This document shows positions 6,796 to 17,220 of a stretch of 25,211 bases of DNA, one piece after another (position 1 is the stretch's first letter; every line of letters begins with the position of its first letter). Source of the DNA: a virus (Duplodnaviria; Caudoviricetes). The notes below the pieces were generated by a model. It was not told the DNA's origin. It worked only from the letters and a program-made list of their open reading frames with translations, and ran no database searches. Both the position numbers and the translations under genes were made by a program. Location of the stretch: the IMG/VR virus record IMGVR_UViG_3300032129_000033, positions 1-25,211 of that record; one strand, written 5' to 3'.

Positions 6796-7352
6796 CCGAA
6801 AAGACCTTCCATAAATACCAGCTTGTGATTGACGAATGGTTCGTTAACAGTTTCAATGGAACTAAAGCTTATCAGAAGGTTTATCCAAAAACAAAAGACG
6901 AATCTGCACAGCAGCGTTTTTCTAGATTGTCAAGAATTGTCAAGGTTGAAACTTACATAAAGTACAAGAGAGATGAGGCTAAAAAAGCTCTCAGAACCAC
7001 ACACGCGGTACTGCTTGAGGAACTAGAGAATTGGGCTTACTCTGATATCACTGAAACCCTTTTACTCTCTCCTGAGCAGGTTAAATTACTCCCACCGGAA
7101 ATACGCAGATTAATTACCAAATTCGAAACCACAACCAGAACATTCCCCAGGGGGAAAGAAATTGTTTCTGAGACCACGGTTAAACTCTTCTTTGTCTCCA
7201 AGGAGAAAGCTATGGAAATGATCCATAAACACACTGGTTTTTATGAAAAGGATAATGATCAAAAGTCTAATCTGGTGATTGAATCCAGAGAGGAAAGAAA
7301 TGAGTTCATAAAGAAAATTCAAGAAAAGATTAAGTCGGATGCTAACTCATGA
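6792..7352 (+). CDS. terS: Terminase small subunit, 186 aa
   Basis: FNGTKAYQKVY...A....SRL helix-turn-helix start, SKEKAMEMIHKHTG end, overlaps TerL. Confidence 0.85.
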   Translation: MTEKTFHKYQLVIDEWFVNSFNGTKAYQKVYPKTKDESAQQRFSRLSRIVKVETYIKYKRDEAKKALRTTHAVLLEELENWAYSDITETLLLSPEQVKLLPPEIRRLITKFETTTRTFPRGKEIVSETTVKLFFVSKEKAMEMIHKHTGFYEKDNDQKSNLVIESREERNEFIKKIQEKIKSDANS

Positions 7353-8826
7353 GGAAGCTATTAAGTACGAGCGGTTTAAGTATTTGAATGATGTAGAAGA
7401 TAGCCGGAATGACCTTTTAAAATTTACGGGAACCACATTCAAGAAATTCAAACCTGAATTGTTTCACAATAAGTTCTATGACATACTGAATTTATTTGCA
7501 CAAGGAATCCTAAAGAATGTGATCTTCTCTATGCCTCCACAGCACGGAAAATCCGAAGGAAGCTCCAGAAGGTTACCTGCCTACATTGCCGGTAAACGTC
7601 CAGATGAAAAGATTGCCCTGGTAAGTTACGCTTCTACCAAGGCCGAAAAGTTTGGAAGGGAGATCATGAGTATTATGCGTGAACCCGAGTACAAGGATAT
7701 CTTTCCAGAGGTACGGTATCCAGAGAGAGGTTACACAGGAACCAAAGCCAATACCAATACGAGTAGGGAATCCATCAACTCAGATGGATCTATGAAGTTT
7801 GTGGGAGTAGGTGGGCCACTCACAGGAGACCCTGTTGATATTCTCATAATGGATGATTTGTATAAAGGTTGGGAAGAAGGGAATTCTCCAATTGTTCAAA
7901 GAAGAACTTGGGATTGGTACACGTCTGTAGCTGAAACCAGATTGCACAATGATAGCCAACAACTCATAGTATTCACCCGATGGAGTGAAAATGATCTTAT
8001 AGCCATTCTCGAGGAAAAAGGTTATGTGGTTGAATGGAATGGGGAAATAGAGTTGGATGAGATCATTGCAAGCTTAAGGCCTGATCAGTTTTTAAAGATC
8101 AATCTCCCGGCAATAAAAGAAGATGAAGCAAATGCTTTTGATACAAGGAACCCCGGGGAACCGTTGTGGCCAGCAAAGCATTCTTTGGAAAAGCTTCAAT
8201 CTTCCAGGGATAAAGATCCTGATATGTTCGATTGTCTTTACCAGGGCAATCCAGTAAGCAAAGAAGGCCTGATGTATAACACCTTTAAAACCTACTCAGA
8301 GCTACCGGCCTTTAAAACTATTAAGAATTACACCGATACCGCTGATACCGGGAAGGATAATCTTTGTTCGATTAACTACGGAGTTCCAAGGAGTTCAACA
8401 GATGAACATCTGTATGTTCTGGATGTGATTTATACAGACAAACCAATGGAGGTGACAGAACCTGAGACTGCTAAAATGCTTATGAATAGGATAGTTAACC
8501 AGGCGCGTATTGAAAGCAATAACGGAGGAAGGGGATTTGCAAGGAATGTGCAGAGATTGGTTGGAAGGATTTCAACAATTACCTGGTTTCATCAAAGCGG
8601 AAATAAAGAAAGCAGGATCTATTCCAATTCAGCAAGCGTGAACCGCTTAATTGTTTTTCCGGATGATTGGCATATACGATGGCCAGTATTTTATAAGGAT
8701 GTTACCAAGTATAAAAAAGAATTCAGTGCTAATAAATTTGATGATGCTCCTGATACTTTGACAGGAATCGTGGAAACAGAAACAACCTCAGGAACTGATG
8801 ATTGGGGAGACAGTAAAGCCTTATGA
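7339..8826 (+). CDS. terL: Terminase large subunit, 495 aa
   Basis: MPPQHGKS (Walker A), ILIMDD (Walker B), TRWSENDL, LYQGNP, YTDTA, IESN and DDAPD nuclease motifs. Confidence 0.95.
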   Translation: MLTHEEAIKYERFKYLNDVEDSRNDLLKFTGTTFKKFKPELFHNKFYDILNLFAQGILKNVIFSMPPQHGKSEGSSRRLPAYIAGKRPDEKIALVSYASTKAEKFGREIMSIMREPEYKDIFPEVRYPERGYTGTKANTNTSRESINSDGSMKFVGVGGPLTGDPVDILIMDDLYKGWEEGNSPIVQRRTWDWYTSVAETRLHNDSQQLIVFTRWSENDLIAILEEKGYVVEWNGEIELDEIIASLRPDQFLKINLPAIKEDEANAFDTRNPGEPLWPAKHSLEKLQSSRDKDPDMFDCLYQGNPVSKEGLMYNTFKTYSELPAFKTIKNYTDTADTGKDNLCSINYGVPRSSTDEHLYVLDVIYTDKPMEVTEPETAKMLMNRIVNQARIESNNGGRGFARNVQRLVGRISTITWFHQSGNKESRIYSNSASVNRLIVFPDDWHIRWPVFYKDVTKYKKEFSANKFDDAPDTLTGIVETETTSGTDDWGDSKAL

Positions 8827-9389
8827 TATTCAAAGATATAACCGTGGAGGAGTACATCCTGACTGAAGACAAATCCCTCATCGATGTGATCCTTCAGAAC
8901 ATCCGGCCTAAGCAAAGCATTGCGCTTAAGTACAAAGATTTATATTACAAGATCCAGCCGAGGAAAAAGGATCTGTTTGAAATTGAATATAAATGGATCA
9001 TTAAGATAAAGCAGAATTTAAGCCAGGCAAATCTTAATGCAGTGAAGGAAATACTATCGGGAATGTTTCCCATAAATACGGATCAGCAATTTTATAACTG
9101 TTCGGTATTCGATGTATTTGCAGCTTATGCGTGGATCGTGGAGGAGATTGAAAATATATATGATGTGGAAAAAGAAAAACTCCACAAGAAGCCCACACAG
9201 AAACAAATCGCAGCGGGGATAGAGGAGTTTGACCAGTTGGATGATGTGCCATCAATAGATGGCTTAGCAAATGGAGATGTGTCCAGGTGGGATGAGGTCC
9301 TTGAATTGCCTTACGGGGTTGTCCTTAGAAAAACGTTGCTCAATAAAATTCAAAATGATTATAACGAACGTTATTCAAAACTGAAATGA
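8823..9389 (+). CDS. Phage protein, possibly tail assembly chaperone, 188 aa
   Basis: Coupled to TerL; C-terminal IDGLANGDVSRWDEVLELPYGVV resembles chaperone-type helices; function inferred from context only. Confidence 0.6.
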   Translation: MIFKDITVEEYILTEDKSLIDVILQNIRPKQSIALKYKDLYYKIQPRKKDLFEIEYKWIIKIKQNLSQANLNAVKEILSGMFPINTDQQFYNCSVFDVFAAYAWIVEEIENIYDVEKEKLHKKPTQKQIAAGIEEFDQLDDVPSIDGLANGDVSRWDEVLELPYGVVLRKTLLNKIQNDYNERYSKLK

Positions 9390-9583
9390 AAGAACCATTT
9401 ACTCCGGAGGAAAAAGAAATTATGAATTTAATTACTCAAGCTCATAATAGGTTTGTTCAATTAGAATCAACACATCCAAGTGAAATAAAGGATTGGGTTA
9501 ATGGGCTTCATTCTCTTCAAGGGGTTCTAGGCAATAGAGTTTTAAGAAGAGATTACCCAGAAATATTTATATCTAAAAAATGA
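9386..9583 (+). CDS. Hypothetical protein, 65 aa
   Basis: ATGA overlaps at both ends; visibly more AT-rich than the downstream gene. Confidence 0.75.
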   Translation: MKEPFTPEEKEIMNLITQAHNRFVQLESTHPSEIKDWVNGLHSLQGVLGNRVLRRDYPEIFISKK

Positions 9584-10017
9584 TAGTAGACCAAACCGAA
9601 CAGATCGCAGTAAGAATGGAACTGGTGTACCAATACGGATCAGCGCATTGGCAGAACCTTATCGATGCCGATGATGATACCAGCTCCAACTTTGAAAACA
9701 AAACCAAGTACCTCCTGTTTCTATGGCACGATGAGGATGACAAGATCAATGAGTACGGATCCTGCGAAGGCCACAACTTTACCGGGGAGTTGCTTATAAT
9801 GGTCCGCTCCAGAATCAGTGATGAATCTCAGGAAACAAAATACAAAGCTGCTGTTCAGTATTTAAAAACTGTCGCCGATGAACTCCGGGACCAGTATGTT
9901 GACTGCGAAGGCTTCCGGGTCAAGCAGTGGAAGAAAATCGAGGTGTACGATGAATTTGACACGAATATGGATGGCCTGAAAATCAGGTTCACAATTGAAA
10001 CAACCTTAGCGGTATGA
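9580..10017 (+). CDS. Putative tail terminator/completion protein, 145 aa
   Basis: Size, acidic beta-rich sequence ending YDEFDTNMDGLKIRFTI, tail-gene context. Confidence 0.55.
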   Translation: MIVDQTEQIAVRMELVYQYGSAHWQNLIDADDDTSSNFENKTKYLLFLWHDEDDKINEYGSCEGHNFTGELLIMVRSRISDESQETKYKAAVQYLKTVADELRDQYVDCEGFRVKQWKKIEVYDEFDTNMDGLKIRFTIETTLAV

Positions 10018-10154
10018 ATCATCAAAATAATCATTACACCGAAAAAGCAAAATGCCCGAAATGCAAAAAGATATTTGAAAGACAAATATTAAGCAATATT
10101 ACTTTCTGTCATGATTGTCAATTTCAGAAAGTTTTTGATTTCAATAAGCAATGA
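10014..10154 (+). CDS. 46-aa zinc-ribbon microprotein (absent from the ORF track)
   Basis: MNHQNNHYTEKAKCPKCKKIFERQILSNITFCHDCQFQKVFDFNKQ; CPKC-x14-CHDC; ATGA overlaps with both neighbours. Confidence 0.75.
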   Translation: MNHQNNHYTEKAKCPKCKKIFERQILSNITFCHDCQFQKVFDFNKQ

Positions 10155-10504
10155 AAAAACAATATCAAAACCGCTTATCAAGAATAGTTCTTTGTGCTGC
10201 ACTGGCATTTATGTTCTGGTTATTTGACCTTACAATATTGGCGTGGGTATTTGGAGCGCTGGTGATCCTGCCTATTGTGATAGGTGGGTTGATATTGATA
10301 GGAAAAGAAATACCTCACCCCGAGGAAGATGAAGAATATGAATTAAGTCCAAGCGAATTAAGGGATCAGGAGGCGCGGCTTCAAACCCTTGAGGAAGCTG
10401 CAAAACTTATGGAGGAATTTAAGAATATGAGGGAATCAAATAACCCTACAAATGTCTATCAACCTAATGTTGATAATACAACTGAACCGCCAAAAAAGAA
10501 ATGA
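10151..10504 (+). CDS. Membrane protein with two predicted N-terminal TM helices, 117 aa
   Basis: Hydrophobic stretches at about aa 12-51 then a charged tail; ATGA overlaps at both ends. Confidence 0.75.
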   Translation: MKKQYQNRLSRIVLCAALAFMFWLFDLTILAWVFGALVILPIVIGGLILIGKEIPHPEEDEEYELSPSELRDQEARLQTLEEAAKLMEEFKNMRESNNPTNVYQPNVDNTTEPPKKK

Positions 10505-10980
10505 ACCGCCAAGCAATCTATACCAGCTACCTAGAGAGATTCAAAAAGGATCTGATAGCCAACTATGATAAGTTAGGACTTCGTGCCTCTGGTTCATTTG
10601 CCGATGGTCTGGAGTACACCGTTGAAAAGAATAAGCTCACCATGTACGGGTCAGGTCATTCCATCTTCATGGAATACGGCCGTGGATCAAGTTCAAAATT
10701 TCCACCGCTCAAAGCTATCGAGGAATGGATCGAAGTGAAAAGGGGATTGCCGGCCATATTTGTGGAAAAGAAAAAACAGTTTGCATTCATAATTGCCAGG
10801 AAGATTGCGAAGGAAGGAATCAAAGTTCCCAATGAACACAACAAAGGGAAAGTCATTTCTGATATCGTTACCCTGTACATGGGGGAATATCTCTACAGGA
10901 TGCTGGATGAAGTGGGAGAGGAATTTATGAGGGAAGTTGATTTTCAATCTGATTTTAGAAACATATTAAAAGCCGCATAA
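10501..10980 (+). CDS. Putative neck/tail completion protein, 159 aa
   Basis: ASG...L, MEYGR, PPLKAIEEWI, FIIARKIAKEG pattern common in phage morphogenesis proteins. Confidence 0.65.
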   Translation: MNRQAIYTSYLERFKKDLIANYDKLGLRASGSFADGLEYTVEKNKLTMYGSGHSIFMEYGRGSSSKFPPLKAIEEWIEVKRGLPAIFVEKKKQFAFIIARKIAKEGIKVPNEHNKGKVISDIVTLYMGEYLYRMLDEVGEEFMREVDFQSDFRNILKAA

Positions 10981-12399
10981 ATGGGAGCAATATTAAAAAT
11001 ACGAATTACAGATCTTATAGATGAACAACCATATTTCGGTTGGAGATATTCCGATGGGCTGGGGAATGTTCGCTTTGTTACTTTTTTTTATGTAGTGGAA
11101 CGAGCAGCAGCATTTGAAGCTGTTATTGGTGCAGATCTTAATCAGGCTTTGAAAGATGCCGTTGATCTTGACCTTGTACCGGGCGGTGAATATGCCACAA
11201 GCATAGACGAATATTACCTTTACGTTCAATTCACAGGAGTTGGAAGTATATTCTCCTTCTTCGCATCTAACAGAATGGTATATTCAGGGGAGATCAATGA
11301 GGCGTCTTCTTTAGAAATTGAAATGATCCAGGCTTTGGAAACCGGAGCTTTATTGAATGCTTTCAATGACAATGTAATCCGGTTCAAGGCAGGGGAAAAC
11401 CTGAATCTAAACACTACCGGTAATGCTCAATTGCCCGTTACATTATACCCAGATCCAACAGGAGAATATCATCTTAACTTCAAGGATTATGCTTCTACAC
11501 TTATCAATCAGAATAAATTTGCAGATGATATTTTACCAAACATTGAAACAGAAGGATATGTCTATTCAGATCTTTCGTTATTCCTGAACCTATCACTTCA
11601 ACTAAGCGATGGATTTTTCATCTACACCTCATCTTTCTACTTCCTGAAATCGGTGGGCCAGATAGCCAATTACGCCGAAAAGAACATCGCCAATAATTAT
11701 ATTCTCCTGCCTCTTGACGGGGTGAACCACAAGGTAACCTACTACGAGGGCTATCCTTTTGACCTTCCAGTATTCAGCAACGTCAATCAGCAATTGACCA
11801 TCGTGAACAAAACCACAGGACATAGCGTGGCGATGGATGTGCAGCAATATACCAACAGGCTGTTCTTTTCCCAGGGCAGTGAAAACTTCACTATCGATGA
11901 TGTGATGCCCATGCAATCTGGGATCAACCGATTAGAATTGCAGTTTGGGACCATCAGCAAAATTGATCTGGTAGTGAATAAAGTTCCTTCCAAATGCGCT
12001 CCTTACTTCAAATTCTACCGGAACTCCGGGGGCTTTGGATATATCCGGTTTGAAAAGGAAGTGTCCGAAGATTTGAAAACGAAAGAAGGCCTTAGCTTAA
12101 GATCTGATTTTGATGGGATCCAAAATACAATTAGAAGATCGATCACCGATAAATTAACCTCGGTTAGAATGGAATTCCAAACCGAAGCTTTAGAGCTCTG
12201 GGAAATGGAAAATTTCAAAGAGTTCATTGGATCCCCAAGAGTGGAGATGTACGTTAGCGATCTCTTCCAGAGACAAACCGCCAAGAGTTGGATAGGCGTT
12301 GACGTGAAATCCTCTACGCTAAAATCCAAGAAACTGAAAACAGAAAGGAACCGGGAACAGGTCACCGTGGAATTCGACCTTTATAACCTGCATTTGTAA
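10981..12399 (+). CDS. Putative tail tip/baseplate structural protein, 472 aa
   Basis: Long acidic beta-rich ORF; C-terminal FYRNSGGFGYIRF...FIGSPRVEMY; upstream of hub-like and tape-measure genes. Confidence 0.6.
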   Translation: MGAILKIRITDLIDEQPYFGWRYSDGLGNVRFVTFFYVVERAAAFEAVIGADLNQALKDAVDLDLVPGGEYATSIDEYYLYVQFTGVGSIFSFFASNRMVYSGEINEASSLEIEMIQALETGALLNAFNDNVIRFKAGENLNLNTTGNAQLPVTLYPDPTGEYHLNFKDYASTLINQNKFADDILPNIETEGYVYSDLSLFLNLSLQLSDGFFIYTSSFYFLKSVGQIANYAEKNIANNYILLPLDGVNHKVTYYEGYPFDLPVFSNVNQQLTIVNKTTGHSVAMDVQQYTNRLFFSQGSENFTIDDVMPMQSGINRLELQFGTISKIDLVVNKVPSKCAPYFKFYRNSGGFGYIRFEKEVSEDLKTKEGLSLRSDFDGIQNTIRRSITDKLTSVRMEFQTEALELWEMENFKEFIGSPRVEMYVSDLFQRQTAKSWIGVDVKSSTLKSKKLKTERNREQVTVEFDLYNLHL

Positions 12400-14339
12400 T
12401 GAGATTATTCATCAACGAGCACGAGATTGATTTAGATCAGCAGCAGAAAATCAGCTATACCAAACAGGTGAACAGTCTGGCAGACCTCGCATCCCGGCAA
12501 ACCAATTTCAGCAAAACATTCAAGGTGCCAAGATCTGCCAGGAACATCGCATTTTTCATGGGCCTTGGAATAACCGGGAGCACTTCACAGCTTCCATATC
12601 AAAAGAATACGGCCAGATTGTTCGTAGGCAATACCTGTATTGTATTCTCAGGTTGGGCGGTTCCTATTCAAACCAATGATGATAGTTATGAGCTGGCCAC
12701 TTATGACGGGAATATTGACTTCTTTAAGATTCTCGACAATATCACCTTTGAAGAAATACCATTCCCCGAGTTACTGCACACCAAGGATTTGCCAACGATT
12801 AAAGATAACTGGGAAATTGGAAATGCATTCTATGCGTACCTCGCTGCTGATTACAATGGCCTGACCCATTATGTTGACGGCACCACCAATTATTTGAATA
12901 TAGATTACCTCATCCCATCGGTTTCCATTTCCTTTTTATGGCAGCGGATCTTTGAAACTTTCGGGTTTACTTATTCTGGATCTATATTTCAAGAAGCAGA
13001 ATTTAAAGATACTTTTTTAACGTTGCCAAAAGGGCAGGTTGCTGGAGAAATTAGCAGCAATGCCTTAAGTGCAAGTTGGACGGAACAAAAGGTATGGCCG
13101 ATTTCACATTATGTTCAATGGCTGATGAGCAATACGTTTGCCTACACTACTGATATTACAGCAGGTCAGATGATCGACAATACTGCCAATTCCAATATGA
13201 AAGCATTCCAGGTAGCAGAAACAGGCTTGTACAGGATAACGGTTACCGGGTACCTTTGGAATTATTCCAAAAAAGGGGTTTACGTGCGCTTAAGGTTGGG
13301 AAGAAACCTAGAGAATTTAAGGGAACAGGATATCAGCTACAGCAGCCTTCAAGATCCAAAATACATAATAGCAGATTCTGAAAAAGGAGAAGCCGTCTCC
13401 TTTGATGAGACCTTCAATGTTACCGCTGGGGAAACTTTCACGATCCTTTATTACGCGGCGAAAAGCGTGGATTCCGATAATTCAAGATTTGAACTGGATT
13501 TCTTAATATCCAAGATCAATCAGGAATCAGTGGATCAAATAAAATTTTTCAAGGGTTTGTCCCCTAAAGACTTCTACAAGGAAGTGATGTGGAGGTTCGG
13601 GCTGACCCCCTTTCCTTCCAAGGATAAAAACCACATTGAATTCCTCACCTGGGAGGAGCGCATGAATACCCCGGTGCAAGATTGGTCTAGCAGGTTCAAC
13701 AAATCCCTTTCAGAGAAATATGTTTATGAGGGTTACGCGAAAAACAATTACTTCCGGTTCAAATACAACGGGGAAGGGGATGATTTCAATGATGGGGTCA
13801 TAAAGATCGAGAATGAAAATTTGGAAGATAGAGTAATCGTGATTAATTCCAAGACCTATTCAGTAGAACGCTTGCCCGTAGAGTTTCAAATAGGATCAAG
13901 CTTTGAGACATTGCCAAAAATGGAGCTGTGGGAAAAGGAAATCAAGGTAGAAGATGGGGTTACCACCATCGAATATAAGCCCCGGGATTCCAGATTCACA
14001 TTCTTACAAAGCGATGTAGTCAACGTCGCTGCAAATATTGGAAGCCAGCAGCTTGGGCAATTTGGAACCGTTAATAAGGTAAGAACTGCCCGAAACTGGA
14101 CTTATTCACAGCAGGAGATTATAGAGCGGAGGTATCGGAAAGTTCGGGAATTGTTCAAGAACACCCTCATTGTAACGGCTGAATTTACGTTAAGCGATGC
14201 CGAATTCAATGCGTTTGACCTCAAGCCTGTTGTTTATGTCAAGCAGCGCGGAGGGAATTTTCTGGTAAATAAAATCACTAAACCCAACCTGGAGGATAAG
14301 ACCACTCAGGCAGAATTAATAAAGATCAATAAGTTATGA
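12399..14339 (+). CDS. Putative tail tip hub / minor tail protein, 646 aa
   Basis: MRLFINEHEIDL..SRQTNFSKTFKVP start and FLVNKI..AELIKI end typical of siphovirus tail-tip proteins; overlaps the tape measure. Confidence 0.65.
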   Translation: MRLFINEHEIDLDQQQKISYTKQVNSLADLASRQTNFSKTFKVPRSARNIAFFMGLGITGSTSQLPYQKNTARLFVGNTCIVFSGWAVPIQTNDDSYELATYDGNIDFFKILDNITFEEIPFPELLHTKDLPTIKDNWEIGNAFYAYLAADYNGLTHYVDGTTNYLNIDYLIPSVSISFLWQRIFETFGFTYSGSIFQEAEFKDTFLTLPKGQVAGEISSNALSASWTEQKVWPISHYVQWLMSNTFAYTTDITAGQMIDNTANSNMKAFQVAETGLYRITVTGYLWNYSKKGVYVRLRLGRNLENLREQDISYSSLQDPKYIIADSEKGEAVSFDETFNVTAGETFTILYYAAKSVDSDNSRFELDFLISKINQESVDQIKFFKGLSPKDFYKEVMWRFGLTPFPSKDKNHIEFLTWEERMNTPVQDWSSRFNKSLSEKYVYEGYAKNNYFRFKYNGEGDDFNDGVIKIENENLEDRVIVINSKTYSVERLPVEFQIGSSFETLPKMELWEKEIKVEDGVTTIEYKPRDSRFTFLQSDVVNVAANIGSQQLGQFGTVNKVRTARNWTYSQQEIIERRYRKVRELFKNTLIVTAEFTLSDAEFNAFDLKPVVYVKQRGGNFLVNKITKPNLEDKTTQAELIKINKL

Positions 14340-16963
14340 GCCCAGAAAAAGTAAAAATCGCAGAGATCGACATAGGAGTTGATAAGCTTCTATCCAAGGC
14401 AGCACAAACCAAGAAGGAAATTGCCGAACTGGAAAAGAGCCAGAAATCCTTAAAGAAGGAAACCGAAGGGCTTACCACAGCATCCCAGAGCCAGTTGGAG
14501 CAATATACCCTTGGAGAAATAGAAATCAAGAAATACAAAAAGGAAGTTCGAGACAGTCAAAAAGTATTAGATGCTTATATCAATATTCAGAACAAGGAGA
14601 TCAAAACCAAGAATGATGCACGGGATGCCAATCGGAAACTCATTGCAATTGCAAATCAGTTGGATGCTACCAATGAGGATCAGGCGGCAACTCTTAAGAA
14701 GGTAAATGAGGAAATTGATGATAATACCAATTTCATAAAAGACAACGCTTCAGAATACGAAAAAACCAAGATTAATGTTGGGAATTATAAAGAAGCAATT
14801 ACAGGAGCTTTAGGTGAACTGGGGATTTTTGGACAAATGCAAGGCAAGGTGAATTCAGTTACCAAGGCAGCCGGGCCCATTATTACTTTTGTATCTACAA
14901 ATCTAAAGCAGGTAAAGGAGGATTATATTAAAGCCTCCGCTGCAACTACCGGAATGAGCAAGGCCCAGATAGCTGCACATCTTACCAGTACAGCCTTGAG
15001 CGCAGGATTAAGAATATTAAAGATTGCGTTGGCTGCTACTGGAATTGGTTTGGTAGTAGTAGTGCTTGGATCCTTAATAGCTTACTTCGCTAAAACGCAG
15101 GCTGGTATTGATTTGTTTAATGTAGTGCTTGCAAAGGCCGGAGCTGCATTTGATGTAATCATTGATCGAGTTGCGAAATTTGGTGGAGCTGTTAAAAGTT
15201 TCCTTTCCGGTAATTTCACAGAAGGCATTGAGGGAATGACCACAGCTTTTGAAGGAATGGGTGATGAGATGCAGAGGGAAATAGATCTTGCAGGAAAACT
15301 GGAGACCGTTTTCCAGAATGTTTTAAAGGCTGAAATTAATCTGGATATAAGAAGATCAGCAGCTAATGCAAGATTAGAAGAATTGAAGTTGATATCCGAC
15401 GATGTCACCAAGTCAACTGAAGACCGAATTAAAGCATCTGAAGACTTTATTAAAATTGAACAAAAGCTGACTGCGGAACAAATTGCAAACCAAGAAAAGC
15501 GTGTGGCTGCTATGTTAGGTTTTGACAAAGTTACTGATGAGGTACGCGATAAAATTAAAATGATAGGGCAAGAGGGAGTTTCCTTGGATGAGTTAGGAAT
15601 AAGCGAATCTACCATAGAGGATATGGGAGCTTTCAGAGATGAGGTCGTTAAGCTTTTCGATATTCAGCAGCAAAGTTTTGGGCGTCAAACCGAAAACCAA
15701 AATAAATTAAATGCGCTAAGGGCCGGAGAGACAAGTAAACAGGCAGCAGATGCAAAAGCAGCATCGGATCTGCAAGCTGCCTATGCCCAGAAAGCAATTG
15801 AGGAAGCTCAAAAGGTAACCGATGCTGCAATTTCAGAAAGCAAAACCAGGTTACAAATTTTCATCGAAGAGAATAAAGGCAAAGCTGATTCCCTGGCAGA
15901 AAGTATTGCCTTGGAAGAGCAAGTAAGAGATAGGAAGATTGCCATTCTAAAAGAAGAGCTGGATGCTAATAAACTTACTCAATCTGAATATGAACTTGGA
16001 TTATTGGAGAGTAAAAACACATTCCTGGAGCAGCAAAGTCAAATCACAGCTGATTACGCACAAAAGGAAATTGAAATCCAACTGGACAAAGATGAACAGC
16101 TGAAAGAAATTGAGCAGTTGAAGGCCGAGGCTAAAGCTACAGATCTTCAGAACCGAAGGGAAATTGAGCAAGAGAACTTCGATGTTCAATTTGATCTTGA
16201 ATTACAGAGGCTGGAAATACAAAGACAAGCCGAAATTGCAGCGGCCGAAAAGACCGGGGCCGATGTTACCTTGATCAATAAAAAGTTCGCAAAAATCCAA
16301 GAGGATATTGAAGATGAAAAGCAGAATGCCAAAAGACAAATGGCAGCCGATACTTTAGGATCCATGGCCTCCATCTTCGGTGAAGAAACCGCATTAGGAA
16401 AAGCAGCGGCTTTAGCATCGGCATTAATCAATACCTATCTTGGGATTACCGCAGGGGTGAAGCTTGGATGGCCGGCAATGATCCCGGCGGTAGCAGCAGC
16501 CGCTGCTACCGGGTTTGGTGCCGTAAAAAACATCGTTAAAACAAAAACCCCTAAAGCAGAGCGTGGGATTGCAATGGATATCAATGGGCCATCCCACTCC
16601 CAGGGAGGCACAACCTTTTATGATGCAAACGGAAATCCAGTAGTGGAAGCCCAAGGAGGGGAAAAGATGGTGATCTTAAAACGTGAAGCCTCCAAAGAAT
16701 TGGATGTGCTTAGCTTCCTGAATCAAAAACATGGAGGAGTAAATTTATCTACTCCTGTGAGATATGCGGCCAACGGAGGCGCTATCATTCGTACCCCGCA
16801 ATCAACAGGCAACATTAGGATTCCAAACAACTTATTTGACTATGAGCAGCTTGGAAATGTATTGGCAGATAGGGTGAATGCGATTGTTCCGGTGGTCCCG
16901 GTGGATCAAATTACCAATGTGGCCAACAAAACCGCACGGGTAGAACAAGGCGCGAACTTATGA
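14336..16963 (+). CDS. Tail tape measure protein, 875 aa
   Basis: Long Ala/Glu/Lys-rich coiled coil, INVGNY motif, hydrophobic segment ALAATGIGLVVVVLGSLIAYF, C-terminal GPSHSQGG/EAQGGE. Confidence 0.88.
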   Translation: MSPEKVKIAEIDIGVDKLLSKAAQTKKEIAELEKSQKSLKKETEGLTTASQSQLEQYTLGEIEIKKYKKEVRDSQKVLDAYINIQNKEIKTKNDARDANRKLIAIANQLDATNEDQAATLKKVNEEIDDNTNFIKDNASEYEKTKINVGNYKEAITGALGELGIFGQMQGKVNSVTKAAGPIITFVSTNLKQVKEDYIKASAATTGMSKAQIAAHLTSTALSAGLRILKIALAATGIGLVVVVLGSLIAYFAKTQAGIDLFNVVLAKAGAAFDVIIDRVAKFGGAVKSFLSGNFTEGIEGMTTAFEGMGDEMQREIDLAGKLETVFQNVLKAEINLDIRRSAANARLEELKLISDDVTKSTEDRIKASEDFIKIEQKLTAEQIANQEKRVAAMLGFDKVTDEVRDKIKMIGQEGVSLDELGISESTIEDMGAFRDEVVKLFDIQQQSFGRQTENQNKLNALRAGETSKQAADAKAASDLQAAYAQKAIEEAQKVTDAAISESKTRLQIFIEENKGKADSLAESIALEEQVRDRKIAILKEELDANKLTQSEYELGLLESKNTFLEQQSQITADYAQKEIEIQLDKDEQLKEIEQLKAEAKATDLQNRREIEQENFDVQFDLELQRLEIQRQAEIAAAEKTGADVTLINKKFAKIQEDIEDEKQNAKRQMAADTLGSMASIFGEETALGKAAALASALINTYLGITAGVKLGWPAMIPAVAAAAATGFGAVKNIVKTKTPKAERGIAMDINGPSHSQGGTTFYDANGNPVVEAQGGEKMVILKREASKELDVLSFLNQKHGGVNLSTPVRYAANGGAIIRTPQSTGNIRIPNNLFDYEQLGNVLADRVNAIVPVVPVDQITNVANKTARVEQGANL

Positions 16964-17220
16964 AAATTAAAGACATTCTAAGCGGGTGGAAGAATTATAT
17001 CATTGATGATCCTGCCATTGAAGCGATGGCAAAGCAGCGGGCAAAAATATGTTCTACATGTCCACAGGCCAAAGAAGGTAAATTTACCGCGGTCCTTAAA
17101 GATTACAGGATCCACGAAATAGAAGGATTGTATTGCGGTAAGTGCCTTTGTCCCTTATCGGCAAAAGTGAGAAGCGAAAACGAAACTTGTCCCCTCAACA
17201 AATGGCAATCGAAAAAGTAA
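16960..17220 (+). CDS. Small Cys-rich (probable metal-binding) protein, 86 aa
   Basis: CSTC...CGKCLCP...CPLNKW; ATGA overlap with the tape measure. Confidence 0.75.
   Translation: MKIKDILSGWKNYIIDDPAIEAMAKQRAKICSTCPQAKEGKFTAVLKDYRIHEIEGLYCGKCLCPLSAKVRSENETCPLNKWQSKK

Noticed and set aside
8823-9583. Programmed -1 frameshift of a tail chaperone pair
   Set aside because: No convincing XXXYYYZ slippery site at the gene end, and the next ORF has its own coupled ATG
15082-15615. 177-aa minus-strand ORF within the tape measure
   Set aside because: Ser/Leu/Ile-rich antisense shadow of coiled-coil codons with no domain signal
17142-17201. Longer start for the HTH-like gene
   Set aside because: Would overlap the Cys-rich gene by 79 nt; ATG 17202 has a better context
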